Shown: piece after piece, positions 1 to 9,997 of the stretch | How the letters are laid out: the number at the start of each line of letters is the position of its first letter | Position numbering within the stretch: the stretch's first letter is position 1 | IMG/VR virus record: IMGVR_UViG_3300035670_000019 | Span: 64,001 to 128,000 of that record | DNA length: 64,000 nucleotides | Source: a virus | Reading direction: 5' to 3' (one strand) | The notes under the pieces: generated by a model | Seen by the model: only the letters and a program-made list of their open reading frames with translations | Databases searched by the model: none | Told to the model about the DNA's origin: nothing | Made by a program: the position numbers and the translations under genes

Positions 1-945
1 AATAATACTGACCCTACCAAACCAGATTATTTAGTTCCTAAAACTATTAGTGTAGAAAAGATTTATAATCCTACTTCTTCTAATAATAATACTACTTCAA
101 GTATTACTACTACATTAGCTTTTTTACATCCTAGTTATAATATTAAAAAAAACGGTGAACCTGTACCTCCTCCATACCCTGATATTGAAATATTTAATAG
201 AGAAGATACTTATAAGGCAATGCCTACAGTATATAAAAATTCTAGAACTAGATTATCTAATGATACTATAAAATCTGATAGAATTAATGAGACAGATATT
301 GTAAATTCCTCAACAGCATCTCTAGATAATATATCATTACCTAATGTTGATATAACTAAATTTTTCTTTGAAATAAATAACAATGATAGCTCTACTGATA
401 ATTTCTTTTTATTTTTTAGAGCATACATTAATAACTTAAGTGACAGTTTCCAATCAACATGGCAAGACTACAAATATGTAGGTAGAGGTGAAAATTTCTA
501 TAGATACAGTGGATTCTCTAGAGATATGTCATTATCATTTACTATATACGCTCACTCAAGAGCTGAGATGATACCATTATATAACAAATTAAATTACTTA
601 GCAGGCGCCACAGCCCCAGATTACTCAGATGCTGGATATATGAGAGGTAATTTTATTAATATAACAGTAGGTGATTATATCAATAGTATGCCTAGTATAA
701 TAAAAAACATATCATTAAAACCTTCTTTTGAAGCAGGTTGGGATATAAATAGAAAAGAAGATAATAGTTTATTCACTTCAGCTGATGGAAATTTAAATGT
801 AGGACAAGTTCCTCGTATGATAGAAGTTGATTTAAGTTTCACTCCACTTCATAATTTTACTCCACAATTTGGAAAAGACTTCATTAGACAAGTATCCTTA
901 TCTCCACAAATTGGAACAGGTGTTGGAGGTGAAAAAACTGTATAA
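1..945 (+). CDS. Baseplate/tail-tube-initiator-like structural protein, 5'-truncated by the window edge
   Basis: Frame 1 is open from base 1 to the stop at 945. C-terminal segment (FRAYI...W...YVGRGENFYRYSGFSRDMSLSFTI...P) is typical of myovirus tail-tube/baseplate initiator proteins; adjacent to LysM-like and hub genes. Confidence 0.6.
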   Translation, partial: NNTDPTKPDYLVPKTISVEKIYNPTSSNNNTTSSITTTLAFLHPSYNIKKNGEPVPPPYPDIEIFNREDTYKAMPTVYKNSRTRLSNDTIKSDRINETDIVNSSTASLDNISLPNVDITKFFFEINNNDSSTDNFFLFFRAYINNLSDSFQSTWQDYKYVGRGENFYRYSGFSRDMSLSFTIYAHSRAEMIPLYNKLNYLAGATAPDYSDAGYMRGNFINITVGDYINSMPSIIKNISLKPSFEAGWDINRKEDNSLFTSADGNLNVGQVPRMIEVDLSFTPLHNFTPQFGKDFIRQVSLSPQIGTGVGGEKTV

Positions 946-985
946 TATAATAAAAGTTCTAAACTAATATTTCAATACATTAGAA

Positions 986-1285
986 ATGAATAGATATCAA
1001 AACATACCTGTAGTTAGAAATTCACTAGGTAGAAGTTATTACAAAAATAACACATACCCTCAAATTCCATTATCTTCTGATGATATTTATGTAGTGACAG
1101 TTGAAGGTGATAGATTTGATATATTAGCTAACCAGTATTATGGTGATTCTTCTTTATGGTGGATTATATCTATTGCTAATGAAGATTTACCTCAAAATTC
1201 ATTATACCCCCCGCTAGAGACTCAAATCAGAATACCGATTAACTACGCTAATGTACTATCAAGTTATTATGCTCTTAACCAATAA
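986..1285 (+). CDS. LysM-like baseplate wedge protein (gp53/tail X-like)
   Basis: VEGDRFDILANQYYGDSSLWWIISIAN...IRIP motif typical of LysM/tail-X proteins. Confidence 0.75.
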   Translation: MNRYQNIPVVRNSLGRSYYKNNTYPQIPLSSDDIYVVTVEGDRFDILANQYYGDSSLWWIISIANEDLPQNSLYPPLETQIRIPINYANVLSSYYALNQ

Positions 1286-1293
1286 ATTATGTT

Positions 1294-4200
1294 ATGCCTG
1301 GAGGAAATATTTTTGGAGAAAGTTTTAAAGATTATGTTGCTAATCAGATTAATATAAGACAGCAGAAATTAGCTAAGTCTAATAGATATGATCCTAATGT
1401 TTTAAAATTTATTAATAACAACACATCATGGCTTAGATTATCTTCTGGGGTTGATGTATCATCTGAAAGAGCAGCTAGTTTAGGTATAGCTGAAACTGGA
1501 GCTAATCTAGCTAAAAAATACACTTTATTCTCAGCTCGTTTTAATAATGCTTTCACATCTGGAGTGAATGAAGGTATAAATTCATCTTATGGCTTTTTAT
1601 CCACTTCAGAATACGGTTTAGTACCCCCTCCAGGTATTATTTCAGCTGAAGTAAAACCAATGAATGATAAAGGTACTTTAAGAACAGCTACAGTCCAAAT
1701 AGAATGTCATAATTTACCTCAATTTAAAGTTATAGAAGCTTTATATTTAAGATTAAAATATAGTATGCTTTTAGAGTGGGGTCATACTGTTTTTTTTGAT
1801 AATAATGGTAATTTACAAAATGCCGGGGGGCAAGATTATCCATACCATGGATTTTTAAATGGTAGTCATAACCAAGATAGTATAATAGACACTTTAGAAA
1901 ATGCTAGGATTCAATCTTGTGGAAACTATGATGGGTTTTTTGGATGGGTTAGAAATTTTAATTGGAACTTAAAACCAAATGGAGGATATGATATAACTTT
2001 AGAGTTAATATCTTTAGGTGATACTATAGAATCATTAAAATTAAATGTTAATTATCCTCAACCTCAAAATGAAGTAGTCAATACAACTAAACCTGAAACC
2101 CCACAGCCTCCTGTTATAGCTAATAAAAACAAATCTACTATACATCAGATATTGTTCGCTATAAAAACAGAACTAGACATTCAAGGATATTTAGATGGCC
2201 CTAATATGGGTGGGAGATCTAGCCTATCAGCTGAAGAAATTGTTAGAATAACAAAAGAACATTCTAAATATGATTTAGGAGGAGTTAATTATAAAGATCC
2301 TGAAGAAAATGCTTTTGCAGTTAATAGTATTCTAACATACCAGGAAGGTATAAAATTAATATATCCTGAGTTAACAACAAAAGAAGATGGCACTGGTGGG
2401 TATTTTTATTATATAAAATTAGGTACATTATTAAGAATTATTGAATCTTTTTTATTAAAATATGATGTATCAAGAAAAGACAATAATGTTTATAGACCTT
2501 TATTTTATATAGACCATAATTATGATACTAACATATGTTTAACTTTACCAAGACAAATAAGTACTGATCCTCGCATTTGTATATTAACTGCTTCTGAAAC
2601 AGCAAATACTTCAAATAATGATTCAAATGCTCAAGCTAAAGTTTCAACAGTTTATACTAAAATATCTTTTCAACGAAAAGAAGAAGAAGTATTTGGATTA
2701 AATAATTATTATTTAGAACAATCCCCATCAGAGACAGTCACTGGAGATGATCCTTCATTTAAAGAAAGTCAAATTATAACTGATTATGAAACTATAACTA
2801 AAGAACAAACTGATGCTGCTGATCAAAATGTAACACGCGTTACTGGAGTAAAAGTTATATTAAAAGATGGTAATGTGAGAACATATTTTAATGGAGAAAC
2901 AATACCTACATTTTATTTAGATAACACATCATTGAGTGAAAACAATAAGGTATTAGTTAAAGATGAAGAAACAGGACAGGTAAAAGCTCAAAATAGTGCT
3001 AATAATACTTCTGGGATAGGACCTTATTTTAGAGTAGAAGGAAATGATTATGCTTTTTTAGGTAAATTCATGCACATACATGTTAATTTAGATCATATCT
3101 CATCCTTACTATCAGGTAACATTGATGAAAATGGTAAAATATCAATATATACCTTCCTTGAACAATTAATGCAAAGCATTCAAGATGCTACAGGTAATAT
3201 AAATGATTATAGAATTTTATATGATGAGTTATCAAACACTTTTTATATAAATGATAACTCAACCTTACCAAATGGAGATAAACTTTTTAGTAAAAATATA
3301 ACCCCAACAGTACTTAATGCTAATATATTAACTAGTACTTTAGGTAGTTTTGTAACTAATGTATCATTAAAAAGTGAATTAAACAATAATTACGCTACAA
3401 TGATTTCAGTTGGGGCTCAATCTAATGGAAATGTTGTAGGAGAAGACGCCACCGCTTTTAGTAGATGGAATGTGGGATACACAGATCGTATTATAACAGA
3501 TAGAAGTAGTGTTATTGATATGCAAAACCAACAAGAATCTGGCTCAAAACCCCCAGAACAAGTATATCTTGATAATCTAATCAAATATGGTGATCTTAAT
3601 AATGCTATAAATAGTGGATTTGTCACTTCAGAAGAAATATCAAATAATGGACAAGCTGTTGTTGATATGTTAAAATATGAGTTAGCTTATTTTACCCAAC
3701 AAAACTGCATACAAGGCCAAGGATTTATTCCTATTAATCTTCAATTAACAATGTTAGGTTTGAGTGGCCCTAGATTATTTGAGTCTTACACTATTAATGA
3801 AACTTTACTCCCAGATAATTATAAAAACAATATTAAATTTTTAACTAAGGGAATAACTCATAGAATAGATACTAATGGTTGGACTACAACTTTAGATAGT
3901 TTTAGTGGCCCAAAAGTTACAGCTTTAAACAAACCTTCTTTTTATGCTCCACCTGAATTAGCACTCTCTCAACCATCACCTAATGATCCTCAAGCAGGAC
4001 CTGCTGGAGTAATATTACCTATAAGTGATGCTAGTGTTAGATCAATTACGCAAATGAAACCAACTACTCAAAATGTTTTAAATAAAGATGGTTTAGTATT
4101 AGTTAGAGAAGGAATGACTGGAAATAGAACATATGGTGCTTTATATTATAAAAAACAATTAGTAGCTGTGACTGTAGAAGATTTAGTTAGAGATAGTAAA

Positions 4201-4563
4201 ATACAAAAACAAACAGCTATACCTGCCAACCCAGACATTGGATATAATGTAACATTAACTCCTACCACTAAAGATTTTATTAGGAAAGCAGCTGTAGATT
4301 TTGGAGATGGAAGAGGATTAATAGTACCTAGAGTAGGTACTTCAGCTAACGCTGTAGACTTAGAAGGCCCAGGTAATTTAGATTTTTCTCATGTTAGAAT
4401 ACATGGTGGTACTAGTGAAAAAAGTAGTGAAGGTTGTATAATTGTATCTAGTGTTCGAAATAAAGATGGAACTATTCAACTAGATCAAAGTAAAGCTCAA
4501 GATGTAACTAGATTGATATATGATAATAAGATTAAAAAGATTTATGTTGTAAACGATTTTTAA
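1294..4563 (+). CDS. Baseplate hub-like protein with C-terminal DUF5675/L,D-transpeptidase-like domain
   Basis: 1089 aa after the LysM gene; LLEWGH and ITHRIDTNGWTTTL hub-like segments; C-terminal RIHGGTSEKSSEGCIIV (HxG...SxGC) motif. Confidence 0.6.
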   Translation: MPGGNIFGESFKDYVANQINIRQQKLAKSNRYDPNVLKFINNNTSWLRLSSGVDVSSERAASLGIAETGANLAKKYTLFSARFNNAFTSGVNEGINSSYGFLSTSEYGLVPPPGIISAEVKPMNDKGTLRTATVQIECHNLPQFKVIEALYLRLKYSMLLEWGHTVFFDNNGNLQNAGGQDYPYHGFLNGSHNQDSIIDTLENARIQSCGNYDGFFGWVRNFNWNLKPNGGYDITLELISLGDTIESLKLNVNYPQPQNEVVNTTKPETPQPPVIANKNKSTIHQILFAIKTELDIQGYLDGPNMGGRSSLSAEEIVRITKEHSKYDLGGVNYKDPEENAFAVNSILTYQEGIKLIYPELTTKEDGTGGYFYYIKLGTLLRIIESFLLKYDVSRKDNNVYRPLFYIDHNYDTNICLTLPRQISTDPRICILTASETANTSNNDSNAQAKVSTVYTKISFQRKEEEVFGLNNYYLEQSPSETVTGDDPSFKESQIITDYETITKEQTDAADQNVTRVTGVKVILKDGNVRTYFNGETIPTFYLDNTSLSENNKVLVKDEETGQVKAQNSANNTSGIGPYFRVEGNDYAFLGKFMHIHVNLDHISSLLSGNIDENGKISIYTFLEQLMQSIQDATGNINDYRILYDELSNTFYINDNSTLPNGDKLFSKNITPTVLNANILTSTLGSFVTNVSLKSELNNNYATMISVGAQSNGNVVGEDATAFSRWNVGYTDRIITDRSSVIDMQNQQESGSKPPEQVYLDNLIKYGDLNNAINSGFVTSEEISNNGQAVVDMLKYELAYFTQQNCIQGQGFIPINLQLTMLGLSGPRLFESYTINETLLPDNYKNNIKFLTKGITHRIDTNGWTTTLDSFSGPKVTALNKPSFYAPPELALSQPSPNDPQAGPAGVILPISDASVRSITQMKPTTQNVLNKDGLVLVREGMTGNRTYGALYYKKQLVAVTVEDLVRDSKIQKQTAIPANPDIGYNVTLTPTTKDFIRKAAVDFGDGRGLIVPRVGTSANAVDLEGPGNLDFSHVRIHGGTSEKSSEGCIIVSSVRNKDGTIQLDQSKAQDVTRLIYDNKIKKIYVVNDF

Positions 4564-4567
4564 TATT

Positions 4568-5101
4568 ATGTATGTACCAAAAAATAAAATAAGAACTAAT
4601 CTTTACACAGAAGGTAAAGAATATATGTTTTTTTCAACAAAAACACAATATGTTGGGTATTACCATAAATTATACAATGGAAAAACATTCACAGGTAAAA
4701 CTCCAAATGATAATAATGTTAGAGAAATTGTACCTGTCCCTATCGCAGATGGAAACAATTTCTTATCCTCAGCTTTATCTATATCTACCCCATCATTATT
4801 CCCAACTCCTCAAGATTATAAAAATGGAGAATTTACCCGTTATTTTATTGTTAAACGTAATGAACTTATTTTTATAGAAATAACTAAAAAAGAATATGAA
4901 AAATATAAAAATCAAGACCCAAGTGTATATTGGCGTTTATATAGACCGTTTTCTTTATTTTGGGTATTAACAGGTGATATGAATCAAGTAGCTCAAACTA
5001 ATAAAAATGTTACTGAGTTAGTTGAACAAAGAGAAAATGTTTTAGGTTTAAGCATATATTTAAAAGAAGATTGGACTCAATATTATAAAGCTAATCCTTA
5101 A
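4568..5101 (+). CDS. Hypothetical protein (end of structural module)
   Basis: 177 aa ORF tightly following the hub gene. Confidence 0.6.
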   Translation: MYVPKNKIRTNLYTEGKEYMFFSTKTQYVGYYHKLYNGKTFTGKTPNDNNVREIVPVPIADGNNFLSSALSISTPSLFPTPQDYKNGEFTRYFIVKRNELIFIEITKKEYEKYKNQDPSVYWRLYRPFSLFWVLTGDMNQVAQTNKNVTELVEQRENVLGLSIYLKEDWTQYYKANP

Positions 5102-5102
5102 C

Positions 5103-5130
5103 TTGGCTTAAAATAATTTTTTGTTATATT
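5103..5130 (+). promoter_or_regulatory. Class 1 promoter-like motif TTGGCT-N16-TATATT
   Basis: Matches the recurring motif (spacer one base shorter); directly upstream of the PolA-like gene. Confidence 0.55.
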
Positions 5131-5146
5131 ATGGTAAATAAAGGTT

Positions 5147-6421
5147 ATGTATTATTTAATAGAAAGTCAACATCAATTTGAGGAGTTTGCTCAACAGCAA
5201 ACTAGCAGATGTTTTGTTGAACTTATTCTAAATCATGATCTAATACATCCTGTTTTAAATGATGTTTCATTAGTCTATATTAGACCTGAAGGTGATAAAA
5301 AAGGATATGTTATTCCTATCTCACATAATGAAGCATTTTCTATTCCATTCCAACAAATAAAAAAGTTTATAGCTAGTTATAAAGAAGTATTTGTTAGAGA
5401 TAAAAAAACAAGCATGTGTTTTTTAAATAAAAAGAATTTAATACATGCTCCTATCAATACAGAAAATTTATCATTTCCTATCTATGATTATTACCACAGA
5501 CAATATCCAAACCGAAATGATATAAATAAATTTATTCCTATTGCTAAACACTATGAGCGTTGTGAGGAATATTTTAAACATGTAAACTTCACACCACAAT
5601 CTGAGTTTTATAACAAAGCAATAGAGCTATTCCAGACAATAGAATCAAGTGGTATTAGTGTGAATACAACGCTTATAGACGATTATTTCACACCAAATAA
5701 TATCCTCTATTCAATAAAAAACAATATAATATACTCGCAGTACAACGTAGATACTACAACTAAAAGACCATCAAATAGTTTCAATGGTATTAACTTTGCC
5801 GCGTTACCTAAAGATGGTTCTAGAAAAGCATTTGTTTCGGCTAATGGAAGATTTGTTGATATTGATATTGATTCTTACCACCCAACCCTAATTGCTAAAC
5901 AAATTGGTTATGATTTTGGAGATGAGTCAATACATGATCATATGGCTCAACTATATAGAGTAGATTATAAAACAAGTAAAGAACTTACCTTTAAACAATT
6001 ATATGGAGGTATTTTTCATGATTATAAACATCTAGAATTTTTCTCTAAAACCCAAACATTAATAGATACTTTATGGGAACAGTTCAATACTGAGGGTTAT
6101 ATTGAATGTCCTATATCTAATCATAGGTTTTATCATCATCAATTACCTAATATGGGTCCTCAAAAGTTATTTAACTATTGGGTTCAAAATTTAGAAACAT
6201 CACAAAATATTTTAATATTACAAGATATATTACCAATAATAAAAGGTCATAAAACTAAATTAGTATTGTATACTTACGACGCTTTCTTATTTGACATTAG
6301 CAAAGATGAATTAGAATTGTTAGAAGATATATGTTCTGTTTTTACTAACTATGGCTTAAAATACAAGATGAAGTATGGATACAACTACTATGACCTTAGC
6401 TTACTCACAACATATGTATAA
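5147..6421 (+). CDS. Divergent, short family A DNA polymerase-like protein
   Basis: TTTKRPS (TGRLSS-like), motif A VDIDIDSYHP, motif B SKELTFKQLYGG, motif C LYTYDAFLFD; 424 aa. Confidence 0.75.
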   Translation: MYYLIESQHQFEEFAQQQTSRCFVELILNHDLIHPVLNDVSLVYIRPEGDKKGYVIPISHNEAFSIPFQQIKKFIASYKEVFVRDKKTSMCFLNKKNLIHAPINTENLSFPIYDYYHRQYPNRNDINKFIPIAKHYERCEEYFKHVNFTPQSEFYNKAIELFQTIESSGISVNTTLIDDYFTPNNILYSIKNNIIYSQYNVDTTTKRPSNSFNGINFAALPKDGSRKAFVSANGRFVDIDIDSYHPTLIAKQIGYDFGDESIHDHMAQLYRVDYKTSKELTFKQLYGGIFHDYKHLEFFSKTQTLIDTLWEQFNTEGYIECPISNHRFYHHQLPNMGPQKLFNYWVQNLETSQNILILQDILPIIKGHKTKLVLYTYDAFLFDISKDELELLEDICSVFTNYGLKYKMKYGYNYYDLSLLTTYV

Positions 6422-6851
6422 TAAACCTTATGGGTTTGATATAACAGACTTAAACTTTGATGATGTGAGTAATAAACTATTTTGCACATTTTCAGAATTA
6501 GATGAGATTGATAGTCTTATAGACAGTATAAAAAGTCAGTACGATGTACTGTATAATAAAATATTTGTTTTGCAGATTAAGAATAGTGATGAATATGTTT
6601 GTACATATAACATAGACTACTCCAATTTAAACGAAATTCCTGAAAACACTATATTGGTTCACCGTAAAAAGGAAACCAACACGCTATACACTATTAACGC
6701 ACTTAATGAACTAATTAAGAAGCTAAATGGTGGTGTAGTGGATGTGTCTTACAGAATCAACTGGATGCATTACAGAAACTGTATCTTATTAACCCAACAT
6801 AATGAATTAAAACAATTGAATACAAAAGTGTATAAGATTGTTGAGTTGTAA
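6375..6851 (+). CDS. Hypothetical protein (true start may be downstream)
   Basis: ORF between the PolA-like gene and SSB. Confidence 0.6.
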   Translation: MDTTTMTLAYSQHMYNKPYGFDITDLNFDDVSNKLFCTFSELDEIDSLIDSIKSQYDVLYNKIFVLQIKNSDEYVCTYNIDYSNLNEIPENTILVHRKKETNTLYTINALNELIKKLNGGVVDVSYRINWMHYRNCILLTQHNELKQLNTKVYKIVEL

Positions 6852-6919
6852 TTTATTGGTAACTAACGTTAACGCTGAATACTTAAAACACGGCCGTTTA
6901 TAAGCTCTTAGAAGCTAGC

Positions 6920-6948
6920 TTGGCCTTATTAAAAATAAGTAGTATATT
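6920..6948 (+). promoter_or_regulatory. Class 1 promoter-like motif TTGGCC-N17-TATATT
   Basis: Recurring motif upstream of SSB. Confidence 0.6.
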
Positions 6949-6976
6949 ATATTAACAATTTAAAAACCAAATTTTT

Positions 6977-7837
6977 ATGGACATTAATGCTATTAAGCAG
7001 AGATTGAATTCTCTCCAGCAGTCGTCAAGCTCTGGTAAAAAAGAAAAAATTGACTATTCCAAGTACTATTGGAAACCAAAACAAGAAGGTAAGTATCAAA
7101 TCCGAATTGTACCTTCAACTCTCAACAAAGAAAATCCATTTCAAGAAGTGTTTGTACACTACGGATTCTCTAAATTTCCTATTTATGCTTTGACCAACTG
7201 GGGTGAAAAAGATCCTATTGTTGAGTTCGCTAAACAGCTTCGCAACACAAGTGAAAAAGAAAATTGGCAGTTGGCTAAGAAATTAGATCCTAAAATGCGA
7301 GTTTTTGCTCCTGTAGTTGTACGTGGTGAAGAAGACAAAGGTGTTCGCCTTTGGGAATTTGGTAAAGAAATCTATATGCAATTGCTTGGCATCGCTGAGG
7401 ATGAGGATTATGGAGATTTTACAGACATCAATGACGGTCGTGATTTCACAGTTGAAGCAGTGACTGGTGATATTGGTGGTCGCCAAGGCATCAAGTGCTC
7501 AATTCGTGTTAAACCAAAAACATCACCGCTTGGTACTGATAAAAATGAAATTAAGTCTTGGTTATCTGAACAACCAAATGTTCTTGAACTTCAAAAGAAA
7601 ATGACATTTGAGGATCTTAAAAGCGTATTAGAGAAGTTTTTAAATCCTGAAGCTGAAACTGAGGAAGAAGAAGTAGCAGCACCTGCAAAAGCAACTAAAG
7701 CTGCTCCTAAAGACTTACCTTGGGAAGATGATGAGGATGAAGCTCCTGCTCCTAAAGCTAATTACGCTTTGAAGACAGCTCCTACTAAAACATCTAAAGC
7801 AGCCAAGTTTGATGCTTTGTTTGAAGACGAAGAATAA
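6977..7837 (+). CDS. Single-stranded DNA-binding protein, T4 gp32-like
   Basis: YWKP...IRIVP, DPIVEF, VRLWEFGK, DINDGRDF segments and acidic tail ending FDALFEDEE. Confidence 0.8.
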   Translation: MDINAIKQRLNSLQQSSSSGKKEKIDYSKYYWKPKQEGKYQIRIVPSTLNKENPFQEVFVHYGFSKFPIYALTNWGEKDPIVEFAKQLRNTSEKENWQLAKKLDPKMRVFAPVVVRGEEDKGVRLWEFGKEIYMQLLGIAEDEDYGDFTDINDGRDFTVEAVTGDIGGRQGIKCSIRVKPKTSPLGTDKNEIKSWLSEQPNVLELQKKMTFEDLKSVLEKFLNPEAETEEEEVAAPAKATKAAPKDLPWEDDEDEAPAPKANYALKTAPTKTSKAAKFDALFEDEE

Positions 7838-7857
7838 AAATTAATTAATAACAAATT

Positions 7858-8943
7858 ATGGCTAAAAAGAAAGAATCTTTAATGACAGCAGTCTCTGAAG
7901 AAATTAAGGCTAATTTTAACCTTGATAAATTCAAAGAGAAAAAATTGCTTAACAGTACAGTTAAGTTTAAAGAACAGAGATGGATTCCATTTTCAGAAGC
8001 ATTACAAGATTCAACTTCACTTCCAGGTGCAGCCATAGGTCATATTAATCTTTTAAGAGGACACAGTAATACAGGTAAAACAACAGCTTTACTTGAGTTG
8101 GCAATTAATGCCCAGAAAATGGGCATTTTGCCTGTGTTCATTATTACAGAGATGAAATGGTCTTGGGAGCACGCTAAACAAATGGGTTTTCAAGTTGAAG
8201 ATGTTGTTGACACAACAACAGGTGAAATTGTAGATTATAAAGGTTTTTTCCTATATAATGACAGAAGTGCATTAGGTACTATTGAAGATGTAGCAGAGTT
8301 TATAGCTGACTTATTAGATGAACAAAAGAAAGGTAATTTGCCTTATGATTTATGCTTCTTTTGGGATTCAATAGGGTCTATACCTTGTAAAATGAGTGTT
8401 GAAGCAAATAAAAACAATCCAATGTGGAATGCGGGTGCAATGTCACAACAATTTGGAAATTTTATTAATCAACGTTTTCCATTATCACGTAAAGAAAATT
8501 CACAATTTACAAATTCAATGGTAGCAATTAATAAGATCTGGATCGCACCAGCTGAAAATATTTTTGCTCAACCTAAAATGAAGATGAAAAATGGTGAAAC
8601 AATGTTTTTAGATGCTTCAATTGTACTTACATTTGGTAATATTACTAATAGTGGTACTAGTAAATTAAAAGCAACTAAGGATGGTAAAGAAGTAGAATTT
8701 GCAGTTCGCACTAAAGTATCAGTAGATAAAAATCACGTTACTGGACTACAGACTAAAAATACAGTAGTAGCTACAGTTCATGGTTTCATCAGTGATGATA
8801 ATAAAGATATTAATGAGTATAAGAAACAACATGCCCATGAGTGGGTACATATCTTAGGAAGTCTTGATGGTATTGGTCTTACTGAGGATAAATCAGAATG
8901 GGAAGAAAGTAAAGAAAACATTACATTGATTGACGAAGAATAA
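7858..8943 (+). CDS. uvsX: RecA/UvsX-like recombinase
   Basis: Walker A GHSNTGKTT, Walker B FFWDSIG, VDKNH; position in replication module. Confidence 0.8.
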   Translation: MAKKKESLMTAVSEEIKANFNLDKFKEKKLLNSTVKFKEQRWIPFSEALQDSTSLPGAAIGHINLLRGHSNTGKTTALLELAINAQKMGILPVFIITEMKWSWEHAKQMGFQVEDVVDTTTGEIVDYKGFFLYNDRSALGTIEDVAEFIADLLDEQKKGNLPYDLCFFWDSIGSIPCKMSVEANKNNPMWNAGAMSQQFGNFINQRFPLSRKENSQFTNSMVAINKIWIAPAENIFAQPKMKMKNGETMFLDASIVLTFGNITNSGTSKLKATKDGKEVEFAVRTKVSVDKNHVTGLQTKNTVVATVHGFISDDNKDINEYKKQHAHEWVHILGSLDGIGLTEDKSEWEESKENITLIDEE

Positions 8944-8944
8944 T

Positions 8945-9988
8945 ATGGATAAAAAAGATCTGTTTAAGTTATTAGATAACATTCAGCCAGGTAATGAACC
9001 TGGAAAAGCAACGTTTAACAAACATGATAGAGTTCTTATCATTGATGGTTTGAATTTATTCTTACGTAACTTTGCAGTCATCAATTATGTCAATCAAGAT
9101 GGTGTCCATATTGGAGGACTAGGAGGATTTTTACGTTCATTGAGTTTTCTTATCAACCAAAATACCCCAACATCAGTTTACATTGTATTTGATGGAGTTG
9201 GTTCAACCATAAACAGGAAGAACCTTCTCCCCGAATACAAATCAGGTAGAAACTTAACTCGAGTTAATAGGAGCTCAACATTTGAAGACATAGATGAAGA
9301 AAATGAATCTAAGATAAATCAGATATCTAGACTCATTCATTATCTAAAGTGTTTACCCGTCAAACTTATCTCACTCGACAAAGTTGAGGCAGACGACATT
9401 ATAGCTTATTTATCCCACTATTTAGCCACTAAACACAACTCTAAATGTACTATAGTATCAGCAGATAAAGATTTTTTACAATTAGTGAATGAAAACATTA
9501 CAGTTTACAGTCCAATTGCTAAAGAATATTACACACCCAAATTAGTAAAAGAAAAATTTGGCCTGCCTGCTAAAAACTTTATCTTATATAAGACATTAAT
9601 GGGTGACAACTCAGATAAAGTACCTGGATTAAAAGGATTAGGACCTAAAAAATTATTTAAATTCTTTCCAGAGTTGCAAGAAGAAGAGATGTCTTTAGAT
9701 GACTTGCATAATATTTGTGAAGGGAAGTATAAAGAGCATGTTATATACTCGAGGGTTATATATGATTACGAGACGTTACAAAAACACTATAAGTTAATGG
9801 ATCTAAGTAACCCGTTAGTAGATAATACAGAGAAAGGATATATAGAAAACATTACAACATTACCATCAGAGAAAATAAAGGTAGCTGAGTTTTTAAAGAT
9901 GTATAATGAAGATGGGTTAGGACACACATTAAAAAATGTAGATTTTTGGATTAGAAGCACATTTACAACATTAAGTAGTTTTAAATAA
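8945..9988 (+). CDS. 5'-3' exonuclease / flap endonuclease (T4 RNase H, PolI N-domain family)
   Basis: IIDGLN, VFDG, YKSGR, EADDIIAY, SADKDFLQL, LMGDNSDKVPGLKGLGPK motifs. ATG at 8945 preferred over 8930. Confidence 0.9.
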   Translation: MDKKDLFKLLDNIQPGNEPGKATFNKHDRVLIIDGLNLFLRNFAVINYVNQDGVHIGGLGGFLRSLSFLINQNTPTSVYIVFDGVGSTINRKNLLPEYKSGRNLTRVNRSSTFEDIDEENESKINQISRLIHYLKCLPVKLISLDKVEADDIIAYLSHYLATKHNSKCTIVSADKDFLQLVNENITVYSPIAKEYYTPKLVKEKFGLPAKNFILYKTLMGDNSDKVPGLKGLGPKKLFKFFPELQEEEMSLDDLHNICEGKYKEHVIYSRVIYDYETLQKHYKLMDLSNPLVDNTEKGYIENITTLPSEKIKVAEFLKMYNEDGLGHTLKNVDFWIRSTFTTLSSFK

Positions 9989-9997
9989 AAATAAGTT

